From an uncultured Candidatus Entotheonella sp. (GTDB lineage Bacteria > Tectomicrobia > Entotheonellia > Entotheonellales > Entotheonellaceae): a DNA stretch of 64,000 nucleotides. The stretch is from positions 1,920,001 through 1,984,000 of the forward strand of contig CBDCDA010000001.1 of the NCBI GenBank assembly GCA_965215335.1, written 5' to 3'. The notes under the pieces were generated by a model. The model searched no databases and was not told where the DNA came from. It worked only from the letters and a program-made list of their open reading frames with translations. Below, one piece after another: positions 21,879 through 31,548 of the stretch. Both the position numbers and the translations under genes were made by a program. Each line of letters opens with the position of its first letter. The stretch's first letter is position 1.

Positions 21879-22815
21879 GAGCACCGCGCAAAGGCGGGTT
21901 GTCCCACAACCCAAGGCGACGCGGCTGCGTGTCGGGCGCCAAAGCGAGCCCAGCGGAGTGGAGTCGAGCGTGTTGAAAACGTGCGAGCGAGCGAAGCGAG
22001 CTTGCCTGTACCTCGTCCTGGTGGCGGGCGCGGTGGTGGTGGCGCTGCCGTTCTGCTGGATGGTCTCCACCTCGCTGATGACCCTGGGCGAGACCATCAA
22101 CCGGCAGTGGCTGCCGAGCGTGCCGCGCTGGCAGAATTACCAGACGGCCTGGACGGAAGCGCGCTTCGCCGTCTATTTCCTGAACAGCGTGATCATCACG
22201 GTCACGTCGCTCGCGGGGCTGTTGACGACCTCCGTCCTGGCCGCCTATGCCTTCGCGCGCCTGCAATTCGCCGGCCGCGAAATCATCTTCTTCGGCCTGC
22301 TGAGCACCATGATGATCCCCGAGGCCATGACCCTGCTGCCCAGTTTTCTGGTCATCCGCGGCGACGTGATTCCCCTGCCGGGCGGCTCGTGGCTGAACAC
22401 CCTGCAAGGGTTGACGGTGCCGTTCATGGCCAGCGCCTTCAGTATCTTCCTGCTGCGGCAGTTCTTCAGGCGCCTGCCCGTGGAACTGTGGGACGCCGCC
22501 TGCATCGACGGCTGCGGCCACCTGCGCTTTCTCACCACCGTGGTGCTGCCGCTCAGCAAGGCGCCGCTGCTGACGGTGGCGCTGTTCGGTTTCATCGCCT
22601 CGTGGGACGCCCTGCTGTGGCCGCTGCTCGTCACCACGCGCGAAACCTGGCGCCCCCTCATGGTGGGCCTGTGGTCCCTGGTGACCGAAGCGGGCCCGGA
22701 AACCCAGCTGTTCATGGCCGGGGCCACCATCACCCTGCTGCCTGTCCTGGTTATCTACTTCCTGGTGCAGCGACACTTCACCGAGGGCATCATGACCTCG
22801 GGCCTCAAGGGATGA
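21871..22815 (+). CDS. Carbohydrate ABC transporter permease
   Basis: FLLRQFF..ELWDAACIDGC; C-terminal GIMTSGLKG. Confidence 0.92.
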   Translation: MIESTAQRRVVPQPKATRLRVGRQSEPSGVESSVLKTCERAKRACLYLVLVAGAVVVALPFCWMVSTSLMTLGETINRQWLPSVPRWQNYQTAWTEARFAVYFLNSVIITVTSLAGLLTTSVLAAYAFARLQFAGREIIFFGLLSTMMIPEAMTLLPSFLVIRGDVIPLPGGSWLNTLQGLTVPFMASAFSIFLLRQFFRRLPVELWDAACIDGCGHLRFLTTVVLPLSKAPLLTVALFGFIASWDALLWPLLVTTRETWRPLMVGLWSLVTEAGPETQLFMAGATITLLPVLVIYFLVQRHFTEGIMTSGLKG

Positions 22816-22871
22816 GCAGTCTTGAGTGTAATCACTGAAAACTGACCACTGAAGAAGGAGTTCTGAATCCC

Positions 22872-24221
22872 ATGCCACACCGTATCGTACTGTCCCTGAC
22901 AGCCGCCATCATGTTCGTCTTCGGCCTTCTCGCCATACCGACCGGCGCGCAGTCCGACCCCTGGGCCAGGGTCGACCCGAGCGGCCAGAACCTGGTGTTC
23001 TGGCACAACCACACCCGCAGCCGTCAGGATGCCCTGCAGACCATCCTGCAGACCTTCAACGAAAACAACCCTTACGGCATTACCATCGCGCAAGAAACTC
23101 AGGGTTCCTACGCCGACATCTTTCGCAAAATGCTGGGCCTGCTCGGCACGCCGGAGGTTCCCGACCTGGTGGTGGCCTATCAGAACCAGGCGGCCACCTA
23201 CCAACTGCGCGATGCCCTCGTCGACATGACCTCGCTGCTGCAAAGCCCGAAGTGGGGGCTGTCGGCGGAGGAACAGGCCGACTTCTTCCCTGCCTTTTTC
23301 CAGCAGGACGTCTTTCCCCTCTTCGATAATGCCCGCCTGGGTCTGGCGCCGAACCGCTCGATGGAGATCCTGTACTACAACCGTGACTGGCTGACAGAGC
23401 TCGGCTACGACGAACCGCCGAGCACGCCAGAGGCGTTCAGGGCGGTGGCATGCAAAGCCGCCCGGAGGCCGTTCAGCAAGACCGACGGCAGCGGCACGAT
23501 GGGCTACCAGATCAGCCTCGACGCCTCACGCCTGGCAAGCTGGACCTTTGCCTTCGGCGGCGACATTTTCGATTACCAGACGCGCCTGTACACCTACGAC
23601 AGCGGTGCCACCCAACACGCCATGGCGTTCCTGCAGGACCTGTACGCCGAGGGCTGCGCGCGGCCGGTCAGCGAACGTGGCGGCGCCCTGGTCGACTTCA
23701 GCGCCGGGCGCCTGCTGTTCACCTCGGCGTCCAGCTCCGGCCTGCCGTTCTTCAAGGCAGCCGTTGAGGCCGGCGCCAAGTTCGACTGGGGCATCGCGCC
23801 GCTGCCGCACACTACGCCGACGCCTGTCATGAACGTCTACGGAGCCAGCGTCAGCATGCCCAGGAGCACACCGGAGCGCGAGTTGGCGACGTGGCTGTTC
23901 ATCCGGTATTTCACCAGCCCGGAAGTGCAGGCGGGGTGGGGGCAGGCGGCCAATTACTTCCCGGTGCGGCAGAGCGCCGCGCAGCGCCTGGGCGACTACT
24001 TTCAGCGCCACGTCGCCTACAAGACCGCCTTTGACCTGCTGCAGTACGGCCGCCACGAGCCGCCGGTTCCGGGCTACGACTTCGTGCGTGCCATGGCCGA
24101 GGAAGCCCTGGCCGCGGTCTTCGCGCAGGGCCGTGACGTGGAGAAGACCCTGGTCAGGCTGAATCGGGATGCCAACGCCAGCCTCCAGGAGCAGTTGGAG
24201 TATCTGCCGTCGGCGCAGTGA
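22872..24221 (+). CDS. Extracellular solute-binding protein (sugar/glycerophosphate type)
   Basis: Signal peptide; VFWH, LYYNRD, DWGIAPLP, NYFPVRQSA. Confidence 0.88.
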   Translation: MPHRIVLSLTAAIMFVFGLLAIPTGAQSDPWARVDPSGQNLVFWHNHTRSRQDALQTILQTFNENNPYGITIAQETQGSYADIFRKMLGLLGTPEVPDLVVAYQNQAATYQLRDALVDMTSLLQSPKWGLSAEEQADFFPAFFQQDVFPLFDNARLGLAPNRSMEILYYNRDWLTELGYDEPPSTPEAFRAVACKAARRPFSKTDGSGTMGYQISLDASRLASWTFAFGGDIFDYQTRLYTYDSGATQHAMAFLQDLYAEGCARPVSERGGALVDFSAGRLLFTSASSSGLPFFKAAVEAGAKFDWGIAPLPHTTPTPVMNVYGASVSMPRSTPERELATWLFIRYFTSPEVQAGWGQAANYFPVRQSAAQRLGDYFQRHVAYKTAFDLLQYGRHEPPVPGYDFVRAMAEEALAAVFAQGRDVEKTLVRLNRDANASLQEQLEYLPSAQ

Positions 24222-24237
24222 AGGGTATACGGGAACG

Positions 24238-25473
24238 TCATTCCGGGACGTGTTGCTGCGGTCGGGCGAGCCAGAAGACGCCCGACAGCACCAGCAGGCT
24301 GCCGCTTATGACCGCCAGGACGCGAGGCGTCAGGGCGGCGTAATCCAGTCCCCAGGCGGTCGCCAGGGTGGCGAACGTCATGATGACGGTGAAGAGCATG
24401 AAATCGGCCGCGAATACCCGCCCGCGGTAGGCATCCGGGACGCTGATCTGCAGCAGCGTCGAGCTGAATACCCATAGCACGTTGGACGCCATCGTGGCCA
24501 TGAAAAGCGTCAGAGCGGCCCAAGCCAGGGTCGGGGTGGCGCCGAACAGCACGTAAGACCCGCCGGTCAGCACGAAAGCCATGCCGATTGTCCCCACCAT
24601 CGTCTGCGGCTCCTCGCCGACCAGCCGCCGGGCCAGCAGCGGTCCGAGCAGCGCGCCGAGGCCGCGGGCCATGAACAACGTTCCCATGCCGATGGCGCCC
24701 GCCTCGAAAATGTTCTCGGCAAACAGTGCGATGAGGATCATCATGCCGCCGGTCAGCCCGACGCTGCACCCCTTCACGGAAAGCAGCCGCAGGACGTAGG
24801 GTCGCGCCGCCATGTAGCGCAAGCCGCGGAGAAACGCCTGCCAGCCGGTGGGGCTCCCTTCTGAAGAGGCGGGGGCGGACGGAATGGCCACCCGCATGAT
24901 GCAGCCGGCCGACACCACGTAGCTGGCAGCGTCGAGCAGAAACGCCTCGGTGGTGCCCAGCCAGGCGGTCACGAAGCCGCCGAGCGCCGTGCCGATGGCC
25001 AGCATGGCGGCCCAGCTGGCGCTGCCCAGGGCGTTGGCCGCCACGAGCTCCCGGCGCGTCGTGATGTTGGGAATGGTGGCCGCGTAGGCAGGGTGGAAGA
25101 AGGCCGACACCGACATCAGGACCGCGGTCAGCACGTACGCCAGCCACAACCGTTCCGCCGAGGTAATAAGCAGGAAACCGAGCGCCAGCAGCGCTCGCAC
25201 CAGATCGGCCCCGACCATGATCCACTTGCGGCTGAAGCGGTCGACGATCACGCCGGCCACGGGGCTGAGCGCGAACAGCGGCACCGTCTGCGCGATCATG
25301 ACACCGCCCAGCGCCAGGCCGGAGGTGCCGGTGAGTTTCAGCACCAGGTGATACAGCGCCATGGTGCGGAACCAGTCGCCGATCATGCTGGCGGCCAGCC
25401 CCAGCCACAGGCGCCGGTAGCGGGGGTTGTCGCGCAGCAGCGCCCAGTAACCGATGGTGTCTGATGTGTCCAA
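24238..25473 (-). CDS. MFS transporter
   Basis: YRRLWLG..SMIGDWF; GVIVDRFSRK motif A; many TM segments; probable TTG start. Confidence 0.88.
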   Translation of the reverse strand: MDTSDTIGYWALLRDNPRYRRLWLGLAASMIGDWFRTMALYHLVLKLTGTSGLALGGVMIAQTVPLFALSPVAGVIVDRFSRKWIMVGADLVRALLALGFLLITSAERLWLAYVLTAVLMSVSAFFHPAYAATIPNITTRRELVAANALGSASWAAMLAIGTALGGFVTAWLGTTEAFLLDAASYVVSAGCIMRVAIPSAPASSEGSPTGWQAFLRGLRYMAARPYVLRLLSVKGCSVGLTGGMMILIALFAENIFEAGAIGMGTLFMARGLGALLGPLLARRLVGEEPQTMVGTIGMAFVLTGGSYVLFGATPTLAWAALTLFMATMASNVLWVFSSTLLQISVPDAYRGRVFAADFMLFTVIMTFATLATAWGLDYAALTPRVLAVISGSLLVLSGVFWLARPQQHVPE

Positions 25474-25658
25474 GGGACTCCCTCTGGCAAGCCTGGGCCG
25501 TATGCCGTGTGCGAGCGCCGCGGCGGGTTCGGAGGGCCTGTTTGCCCCGGTGCACCAGCTTGATTTACGATACGCCCGGATACGGAAACACGCACGCTGC
25601 GCGTGAGCCGGAAACGGTTCAAACCCTTCTTCCCAATTCCTTTGTGCCGAGGCCATAC

Positions 25659-26639
25659 ATGAAAAAACTGGCTTATGCTGATGACGCACGGCCGGTGTGC
25701 AGGAGCCATGACGGCAGCGAAGAGCCGCGCCACGCGTTGCCGCCGGCCGTCAGGGAATCAAGCCGCCTTTACAGGGCACGTCTACCCATTCGACATACCC
25801 GCACCTGCGCCTGCAAGGCCAACCACCTTAACTGCCTGACAGCAAAGGAATGGTTGAAGAATCAACTCGGCGTCTGGCAATTCAGTTACGAGAGCAGAGA
25901 CATCCGCGACAAGAACCTGCACCCGGCGACATTTCCAATTTCGCTGGCCAGAAAGGTCATCGAACTGTTCACGCATGAAGGCGAACTGGTTCTGGACCCC
26001 TTTGTTGGCAGCGGCACGACCTTGATTGCTGCTCAGGACGCCAATAGAAACGCGGTGGGATTCGACCTCCAAGAGGCCTACATCAACCTGTGCGAGCGAC
26101 GATTGATCCAGAGAAAATTGTTCGGCGCGAGCAATCAAGTAGCCGTGCGAGACGATGCCCGCCATATCTCGCAATACCTCGACCCTGAGTCCGTCAGCCT
26201 GCTCTGGACCTCGCCCCCCTACGCGAATCTCCTTAACAGGAAACGCCGCAACAAATCACGACGAGACCGCAAGAACGAACAGCTAGGCAAGATCGAGCAG
26301 TACTCGCAGGACCCTCGCGACGTCGGCACGATGCCCCTCGCTGAATACACCCAGACAATGGGAGACATATTTGAACAATTGCTGCCGTTACTACGCCCGA
26401 AAGCGCATTGCGTGATCAACGTACCGGATATGTGGTGGGAAAATGAGAGAGTGACCATTCACTTGGCGATCGTGAGTGAGCTGCGAAAGAGAGGGTACGA
26501 GTTTCGGAACACAATCATCTGGGACCGCACCAACATCGTGAACCGTATTGGCATCTTCGGATGGCCCAGTAATTACATAACGATGGGAACCACTTTCGAA
26601 TATCTGCTTGATTTCTGGAGGCCACCGAATAATGGTTGA
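25659..26639 (+). CDS. DNA methyltransferase, N4-cytosine type (alpha motif order)
   Basis: HPATFP, VLDPFVGSGTT (motif I) before TSPPY (motif IV). Confidence 0.9.
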   Translation: MKKLAYADDARPVCRSHDGSEEPRHALPPAVRESSRLYRARLPIRHTRTCACKANHLNCLTAKEWLKNQLGVWQFSYESRDIRDKNLHPATFPISLARKVIELFTHEGELVLDPFVGSGTTLIAAQDANRNAVGFDLQEAYINLCERRLIQRKLFGASNQVAVRDDARHISQYLDPESVSLLWTSPPYANLLNRKRRNKSRRDRKNEQLGKIEQYSQDPRDVGTMPLAEYTQTMGDIFEQLLPLLRPKAHCVINVPDMWWENERVTIHLAIVSELRKRGYEFRNTIIWDRTNIVNRIGIFGWPSNYITMGTTFEYLLDFWRPPNNG

Positions 26640-27429
26640 CCATCGACAGCGAATCCGGGATTTAATGCGTCGCGTGCGCCAGCATCAACCGTTGCCAACA
26701 TCGGAACAGGTCGTCACGGAAACGTTTGAACGTCTGAATCATGTTGATCACGCGATTTCCCCGGAACACGTATTGACACACTTTGATGAACTCCTCAGAA
26801 ATTTGTGGGAGCAAACGCTTGTGACCCTCGAAACATACGAGGAGCGGAGTTATGCAGAAGGCATCCCTCGTGAATTTGTCAGAGAGTTCCCCGCGGAATT
26901 CGACAGGGCTGACCAGATTGCAACTCGTCACGGGTTCCGAGAAGGAGTGAAGGCGTTGTTTGGCGACTTGTATCCTCTCCTCAGACGGGCCTTTCTTAGC
27001 GTCCAACAGGGAAGAATGGCACGGGGAGGTAAGGATTTTGAACTACAGATCGAAGGGCTTCTGGCCTTGGCTGGAATCCCGTTCCACAAACAGGAAGCAG
27101 TAAACCACACCGACCTCATATTGCCTGATCTGCAAACGCACCATACCAACCGAACCATCTCCGCCATTATCTCCGTCAAGAGAACTCTTCGTGAACGATG
27201 GGCTGAAGTAGCGGAAGAACTCTACAACTTGAGGTCGCCTAACGTGTTCTTGTTCACGGCGGACGAAAACGTGACGGATTCTCACGCTGAACGACTTGCG
27301 CAATACAATATCCATTTGGTCGTATGGGACAAAGTGAAGGCCTCGAAGTTTCCACACAGACCACTGGTTCTCGGTTACACGGAGTGGGCGACTCAACGCC
27401 TGAGGATGCTCAGGCGAAATTGGTCATGA
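26632..27429 (+). CDS. Type II restriction endonuclease, EcoRII-C/PspGI/SsoII-like
   Basis: RMARGGKDFE, TDLILP, SVKRTLRERWAEV; overlaps the MTase stop; visibly lower GC than flanks. Confidence 0.82.
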   Translation: MVDHRQRIRDLMRRVRQHQPLPTSEQVVTETFERLNHVDHAISPEHVLTHFDELLRNLWEQTLVTLETYEERSYAEGIPREFVREFPAEFDRADQIATRHGFREGVKALFGDLYPLLRRAFLSVQQGRMARGGKDFELQIEGLLALAGIPFHKQEAVNHTDLILPDLQTHHTNRTISAIISVKRTLRERWAEVAEELYNLRSPNVFLFTADENVTDSHAERLAQYNIHLVVWDKVKASKFPHRPLVLGYTEWATQRLRMLRRNWS

Positions 27430-27487
27430 TTTCGCCCAGGCACCCGTAACAGAAGGTTCAGAGTTCCAACGGAAACGTGACCCTTCC

Positions 27488-27580
27488 CTAGAGCACTTTC
27501 GGCTCCAGAATGGCTTGCTCGTTCGTCACCCTCTCCATCACTCCCCCCTTGAGGGGGAGCCGGCGAAACAAGGGCGCAGC
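27488..27580. repeat. REP/MITE-like palindromic dispersed repeat, copy B
   Basis: ctagagcac terminus, ctccccccttgagggggag hairpin, 19-nt core shared with copy A. Confidence 0.75.
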
Positions 27581-27624
27581 TCGTCTAAATCCCTCCAACC
27601 CCAAAAACACGAAAACCCCTGCGC

Positions 27625-28899
27625 CTAAACCAGCTGCGGGTGCATCCAGGCGGCCACGGCCAGCAGACGATCGTCGCCGCCGAGTGGTCCGACGGCCTGC
27701 ACGCCGACGGGCAGCCCCTGCGGCCCGCTGAGGCCGGGCAGGTTGAGGACCGGGGTGTGCAGCAGCGTCCACATGCGGTTGAACAGCGGATTGCCGGTCG
27801 TCCCCAGGCCGGCGGGCGCTTCGCCGGGCGCGCTGGGTACCAGCAGGACGTCGTGCGCGGCGAAAACGGTGGGCAGCGCGTCGCGGCAGGTCTCGGCCAG
27901 GCGCAGAGCCGCCTTGTATTCGGCGTACGAAAGGCTTTCCCCCGGCTCCAGCAGTTGCCGCGTGCTCGGACTCAGCTGGTTGCGGCAGCGCGTCAGTTCG
28001 AAGGCGCAGCAACGCACGCCTTCGAATATCTGCACCGTCGTCTGCGCCTCCACCAGGCCGTCGAACTCGGCGGGTAGCGTCGCCTCTTCCACCTGCGCCC
28101 CGGCGCCGGCGAAGCGCCGGGCTGCCGTTTCCACCGCCTCGTGCGCGGCGGGCGTTGCCTGCGGCCATTGCGGCGTGCGGCACAGGCCGATACGCGGCGG
28201 CACCGTCAGCGCCGTCAACTGCGGCGGACTGCCCATCAGCGCCGACCGCAGCAGCGCCAAATCCCGCACACAGCGGGCGAAGCCGCCAAGCGTATCCAGC
28301 GTCTGCGACAGCAGTTTGACGCCGGCCAGGGAGAAATCGCCGTGCGTCGGCTTGTAACCGACCACGCCGCAAAACGACGCCGGGCGCACGATGGAGCCGG
28401 CCGTCTGGCTGCCCAGCGCCAGCGGCACCATCTCCGCCGCCACCGCTGCCGCCGAGCCGCTCGACGAGCCGCCCGGCGTGTGCGCCGGGTTATGTGGATT
28501 GGCCGTCTTGCCGGGCTCGTACATGGCGAATTCGGTACTCACGGTTTTGCCCAGAAGCACCGCCCCCGCCTGCCGCAGCAGCGCCACGCAGGCCGCGTCC
28601 CAGGCCGTTTGGTGATCGGCGTAAATCGGTGACCCGTAGGTTGTCGGCATGTCTGCGGTGTCGATGATGTCCTTGATGCCCACCGGCACACCGTGCAGCG
28701 GCCCGTTCTTGGGCGCGCGGTCGCGATCTCGGGCTTGCGCCAACGCCTGCTCCGGGTCGAGATGGGTCCAGGCTGCAATCGCGGGGTCGCGCTCCTCGAT
28801 GCGTTCCAGGCAGGCGCGCACCAGCGCCTCGCTCGTCAGGGTGCCGGACGCGATGGCCTCGGCGGCTTCCCAGGCGTTCAGGGTATGACTTGACGGCAT
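27625..28899 (-). CDS. Amidase-signature family enzyme
   Basis: GPLHGVPVGIKD, PGGSSSGS, GSQTAGSIVRPASFCG. Confidence 0.93.
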   Translation of the reverse strand: MPSSHTLNAWEAAEAIASGTLTSEALVRACLERIEERDPAIAAWTHLDPEQALAQARDRDRAPKNGPLHGVPVGIKDIIDTADMPTTYGSPIYADHQTAWDAACVALLRQAGAVLLGKTVSTEFAMYEPGKTANPHNPAHTPGGSSSGSAAAVAAEMVPLALGSQTAGSIVRPASFCGVVGYKPTHGDFSLAGVKLLSQTLDTLGGFARCVRDLALLRSALMGSPPQLTALTVPPRIGLCRTPQWPQATPAAHEAVETAARRFAGAGAQVEEATLPAEFDGLVEAQTTVQIFEGVRCCAFELTRCRNQLSPSTRQLLEPGESLSYAEYKAALRLAETCRDALPTVFAAHDVLLVPSAPGEAPAGLGTTGNPLFNRMWTLLHTPVLNLPGLSGPQGLPVGVQAVGPLGGDDRLLAVAAWMHPQLV

Positions 28900-29277
28900 G
28901 GCGAATCCTCACGCTTGAGAGTATCTGCAGGCAATGATGCGCCACCATAGCGCATTCCCAAGGCACGGGTCCAGGACGTGGCGTCGGTTCGGTGCCAGTC
29001 GTGCGCCTCGGGCTGCGCACATGGGTGCCGATCGCCTTCAGGTCGGAAACGATAAGGTATATAATTCCTCGAATCATCAGGCTTCCAAGGCGGTGAAACC
29101 GGGAATAAACATGGACGGGTCATCGTTTCCCGCTAACACTTGCGGCGCCTCTGGCGTGTGTCGGTGAGACCCGCCGATTGTGCAGACCCAGGGAGGGTCG
29201 GGGGGAGATCTGGGCGCTCTCGTGTGCGGATCATTACGTGGGAAGACTATTGAAGGCTATCAGGGAGGAGTTGTGCC

Positions 29278-30048
29278 ATGCGTTCCGTATTCTTCGGAAA
29301 GTCGCTGAGGTTTCCGGCGTTGATGGGAGTCGTGCTCCTTGTGCTGTCGTTCGCAACCGTTTCGTGGTCGGACACGGAGCAAAACATGGATGCCAGCCCG
29401 GGAACGGTCATCGCCATGAGAGCGTCGGGGGCGGCAAACCCTTGTAATCCCTGCAATCCTTGTGCTGCAGCGGCAAACCCGTGCAATCCTTGCAATCCCT
29501 GCAACCCGTGCGCGGCGGCAAATCCGTGCAACCCTTGCAATCCCTGCAATCCCTGCGGGGGCGGTGGAAAAATTGACCCCAAGAAGGTTATGCGGCCGGC
29601 AGGAACCAGCCTGCATGCCGGGTTGAGCCACGGGGACTCGCTGAAGATGGGCGAGGCGTTGTGGAACGACCGCGGCCTGAGCACCAACGGGCTGGCGTGC
29701 GGCGTGTGTCACCTGAACAACGGCAACTTCAACGACACCTTTGCCCAGCCCTATCCGCACCGGGTGGCGATGCCGTACCGCATGTCCGGAGTGGACAAGG
29801 TGACGTTGGACGAGATGGTGCAGTTCTGCATGCTGCAGCCCATGGCCGCCGAGGTACTGCCCTGGGATTCGCCCGAACTGGCGGCGCTCACTGCTTATGG
29901 CGCCGCGTTGCAAAAGGCCTTCGTCCAAATGGCGGCGACCAATCCGTGCAACCCATGCAATCCCTGTGCGGCCGCAAACCCATGTAACCCCTGCGCCGCG
30001 GCGAATCCCTGCAACCCGTGCAACCCCTGCGCGGCAGGCGGCAACTAA
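29278..30048 (+). CDS. Secreted monoheme cytochrome c (SoxA/TsdA-like domain) flanked by Asn-Pro-Cys repeats
   Basis: Signal/TM segment; [33 protein letters not shown]; 11 NPC units before and 8 after the heme domain. Confidence 0.85.
   Translation: MRSVFFGKSLRFPALMGVVLLVLSFATVSWSDTEQNMDASPGTVIAMRASGAANPCNPCNPCAAAANPCNPCNPCNPCAAANPCNPCNPCNPCGGGGKIDPKKVMRPAGTSLHAGLSHGDSLKMGEALWNDRGLSTNGLACGVCHLNNGNFNDTFAQPYPHRVAMPYRMSGVDKVTLDEMVQFCMLQPMAAEVLPWDSPELAALTAYGAALQKAFVQMAATNPCNPCNPCAAANPCNPCAAANPCNPCNPCAAGGN
29437..29556 (+). repeat. Coding repeat (NPC)3-AAAA-(NPC)4-AAA-(NPC)4
   Basis: Direct translation; synonymous codons vary between units. Confidence 0.95.
29941..30030 (+). repeat. Coding repeat (NPC)3-AAA-(NPC)2-AAA-(NPC)3
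   Basis: Direct translation. Confidence 0.95.
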
Positions 30049-30168
30049 CCGATCCTGCATCCTGTTCGGCGTCCTGGCGGCGAGGGGTTTCACGACCCTA
30101 TCCCGTCCAGGGTGCCGGCAAACGGAAAACAGAACATGCAACCCAATTTGGCCAGCCCTCTTGCATGC

Positions 30169-31110
30169 ATGGAACCAACCCATCGGCCTCACGCCGGTAT
30201 CGCCTCGAAGCCGCTAACGACCATCCTGGCGGCGCTGCTATTGTTCGCTTTTCCCGCAGCGGCCAGTGCCGCGTTTGCCTCCCAGCCCCCGGAGGAAACG
30301 CTCGAAGCCTACCTCCGCGCCATATACGCCCGCGACTTTGCCACCGCCTACGAATTGATCGTACAGGCCGACCGCGAGTTGAAAACCAAGCGCGACTACA
30401 TGAAGGAAAACGGCGCCTTCTCGGGCGCCGCGCTTCATCTCACCACCCTGCTGGCGGAGTTCATCCGCTTCGAGTACAGCGGCATCAACATCAAGGGTCA
30501 GGACGACGCCACCGTCACCTTCAGGGCCACCGTGCCGGATGCCAATGACCCGGCACTGCGCACCCTTCTTCTCGGTTTTGATCAACAGGGCCTCAAGGCG
30601 CTTCCCGCCGGCGAACGCGCCGCCCGAGGCAGGCAGCTGCGGCAACTCGCCACCGCCAACGAATTACCCCTGATTGCCGGCGACGAGGAGACCTGGACCC
30701 TGGTCCGCGAACACGGCAAATGGCGCGTCGTGCTGGGCTGGACCGCGGCCCTCGAGATTCGTTTCGACGCGCAGACGATGGCCGGTTTGCCGTGGTCGTT
30801 CGCACCGCTGCAACCGACCCTGCGCGCCATGCCCGGCGAAACCCTGCAGGCATATTACCGCGTCAAAAACCTTGCCGGCACCCCCGTCACAGGCAAGGCT
30901 CGACACGTCTTCGTGACCCCCGAGCACGCCGACTACCTCGACATCGTCTACTGCTTCTGCTACCTGCAACAAACCCTGGCGCCGCGTGAGGAGAAACAGT
31001 TCGCCGTCGTCTTTCGGCCCAGCTACGAAACCCCGGACACCATCACCGAGCTGCGCGTGCGCTATGAGTTCTTCCCGCTTGATGCGTTTCCCGTTGAACC
31101 CGGCAAGTGA
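30169..31110 (+). CDS. Secreted protein with C-terminal Cox11/CtaG copper-chaperone domain (start uncertain)
   Basis: Signal peptide; C-terminal IRFDAQ..LPWSFAPLQ..PGET..YYRVKN..YCFCYLQQTLAP carries the Cox11 CFC motif; extra ~170 aa N-terminal domain. Confidence 0.8.
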   Translation: MEPTHRPHAGIASKPLTTILAALLLFAFPAAASAAFASQPPEETLEAYLRAIYARDFATAYELIVQADRELKTKRDYMKENGAFSGAALHLTTLLAEFIRFEYSGINIKGQDDATVTFRATVPDANDPALRTLLLGFDQQGLKALPAGERAARGRQLRQLATANELPLIAGDEETWTLVREHGKWRVVLGWTAALEIRFDAQTMAGLPWSFAPLQPTLRAMPGETLQAYYRVKNLAGTPVTGKARHVFVTPEHADYLDIVYCFCYLQQTLAPREEKQFAVVFRPSYETPDTITELRVRYEFFPLDAFPVEPGK

Positions 31111-31146
31111 GCAACCGCCGCCGCCCTGTCGTCTGAGGAGACTCCC

Positions 31147-31527
31147 ATGCTGAAACCGCCCTTGTGCCTCTCCGCCCTGGCCCTCGCCTGCCTGCTGCTG
31201 TGGCCGCTCGCCGGCCGGGCTCAGGACGTCAAGGCCGGTCAGGAAGTCTATGTGCAATACTGCGCCCTGTGCCACGGCTCGGAAGGCAAGGGCGATGGCT
31301 CCCTGTCGGCCAACCTGGACCCCAAGCCGCGCAACCACACCGACGGCGCCTATATGAACGCCCTGAGCGACGCCCACCTGATGAAGATCATCGGCGGCGG
31401 TGGTGCGGCGTCGGGGCTGTCGCCCATCATGCCGGCCTGGAAGGACATCCTGTCGGCGCAGCAGATTCAGGACGTGGTCGTCTTTGTGCGCACGCTGGCC
31501 GTGCCGCCCTATACGCCCGCCGACTGA
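31147..31527 (+). CDS. Monoheme class I cytochrome c
   Basis: Signal peptide; CALCH; GKGDG..PKPRN; MPAW distal Met. Confidence 0.92.
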   Translation: MLKPPLCLSALALACLLLWPLAGRAQDVKAGQEVYVQYCALCHGSEGKGDGSLSANLDPKPRNHTDGAYMNALSDAHLMKIIGGGGAASGLSPIMPAWKDILSAQQIQDVVVFVRTLAVPPYTPAD

Positions 31528-31548
31528 CGAATAGAAGAAAGGTCGGAG

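Noticed and set aside
29437..30030. CNPC units as extra heme-binding sites
   Set aside because: None is followed by His; only CGVCH is a canonical heme motif
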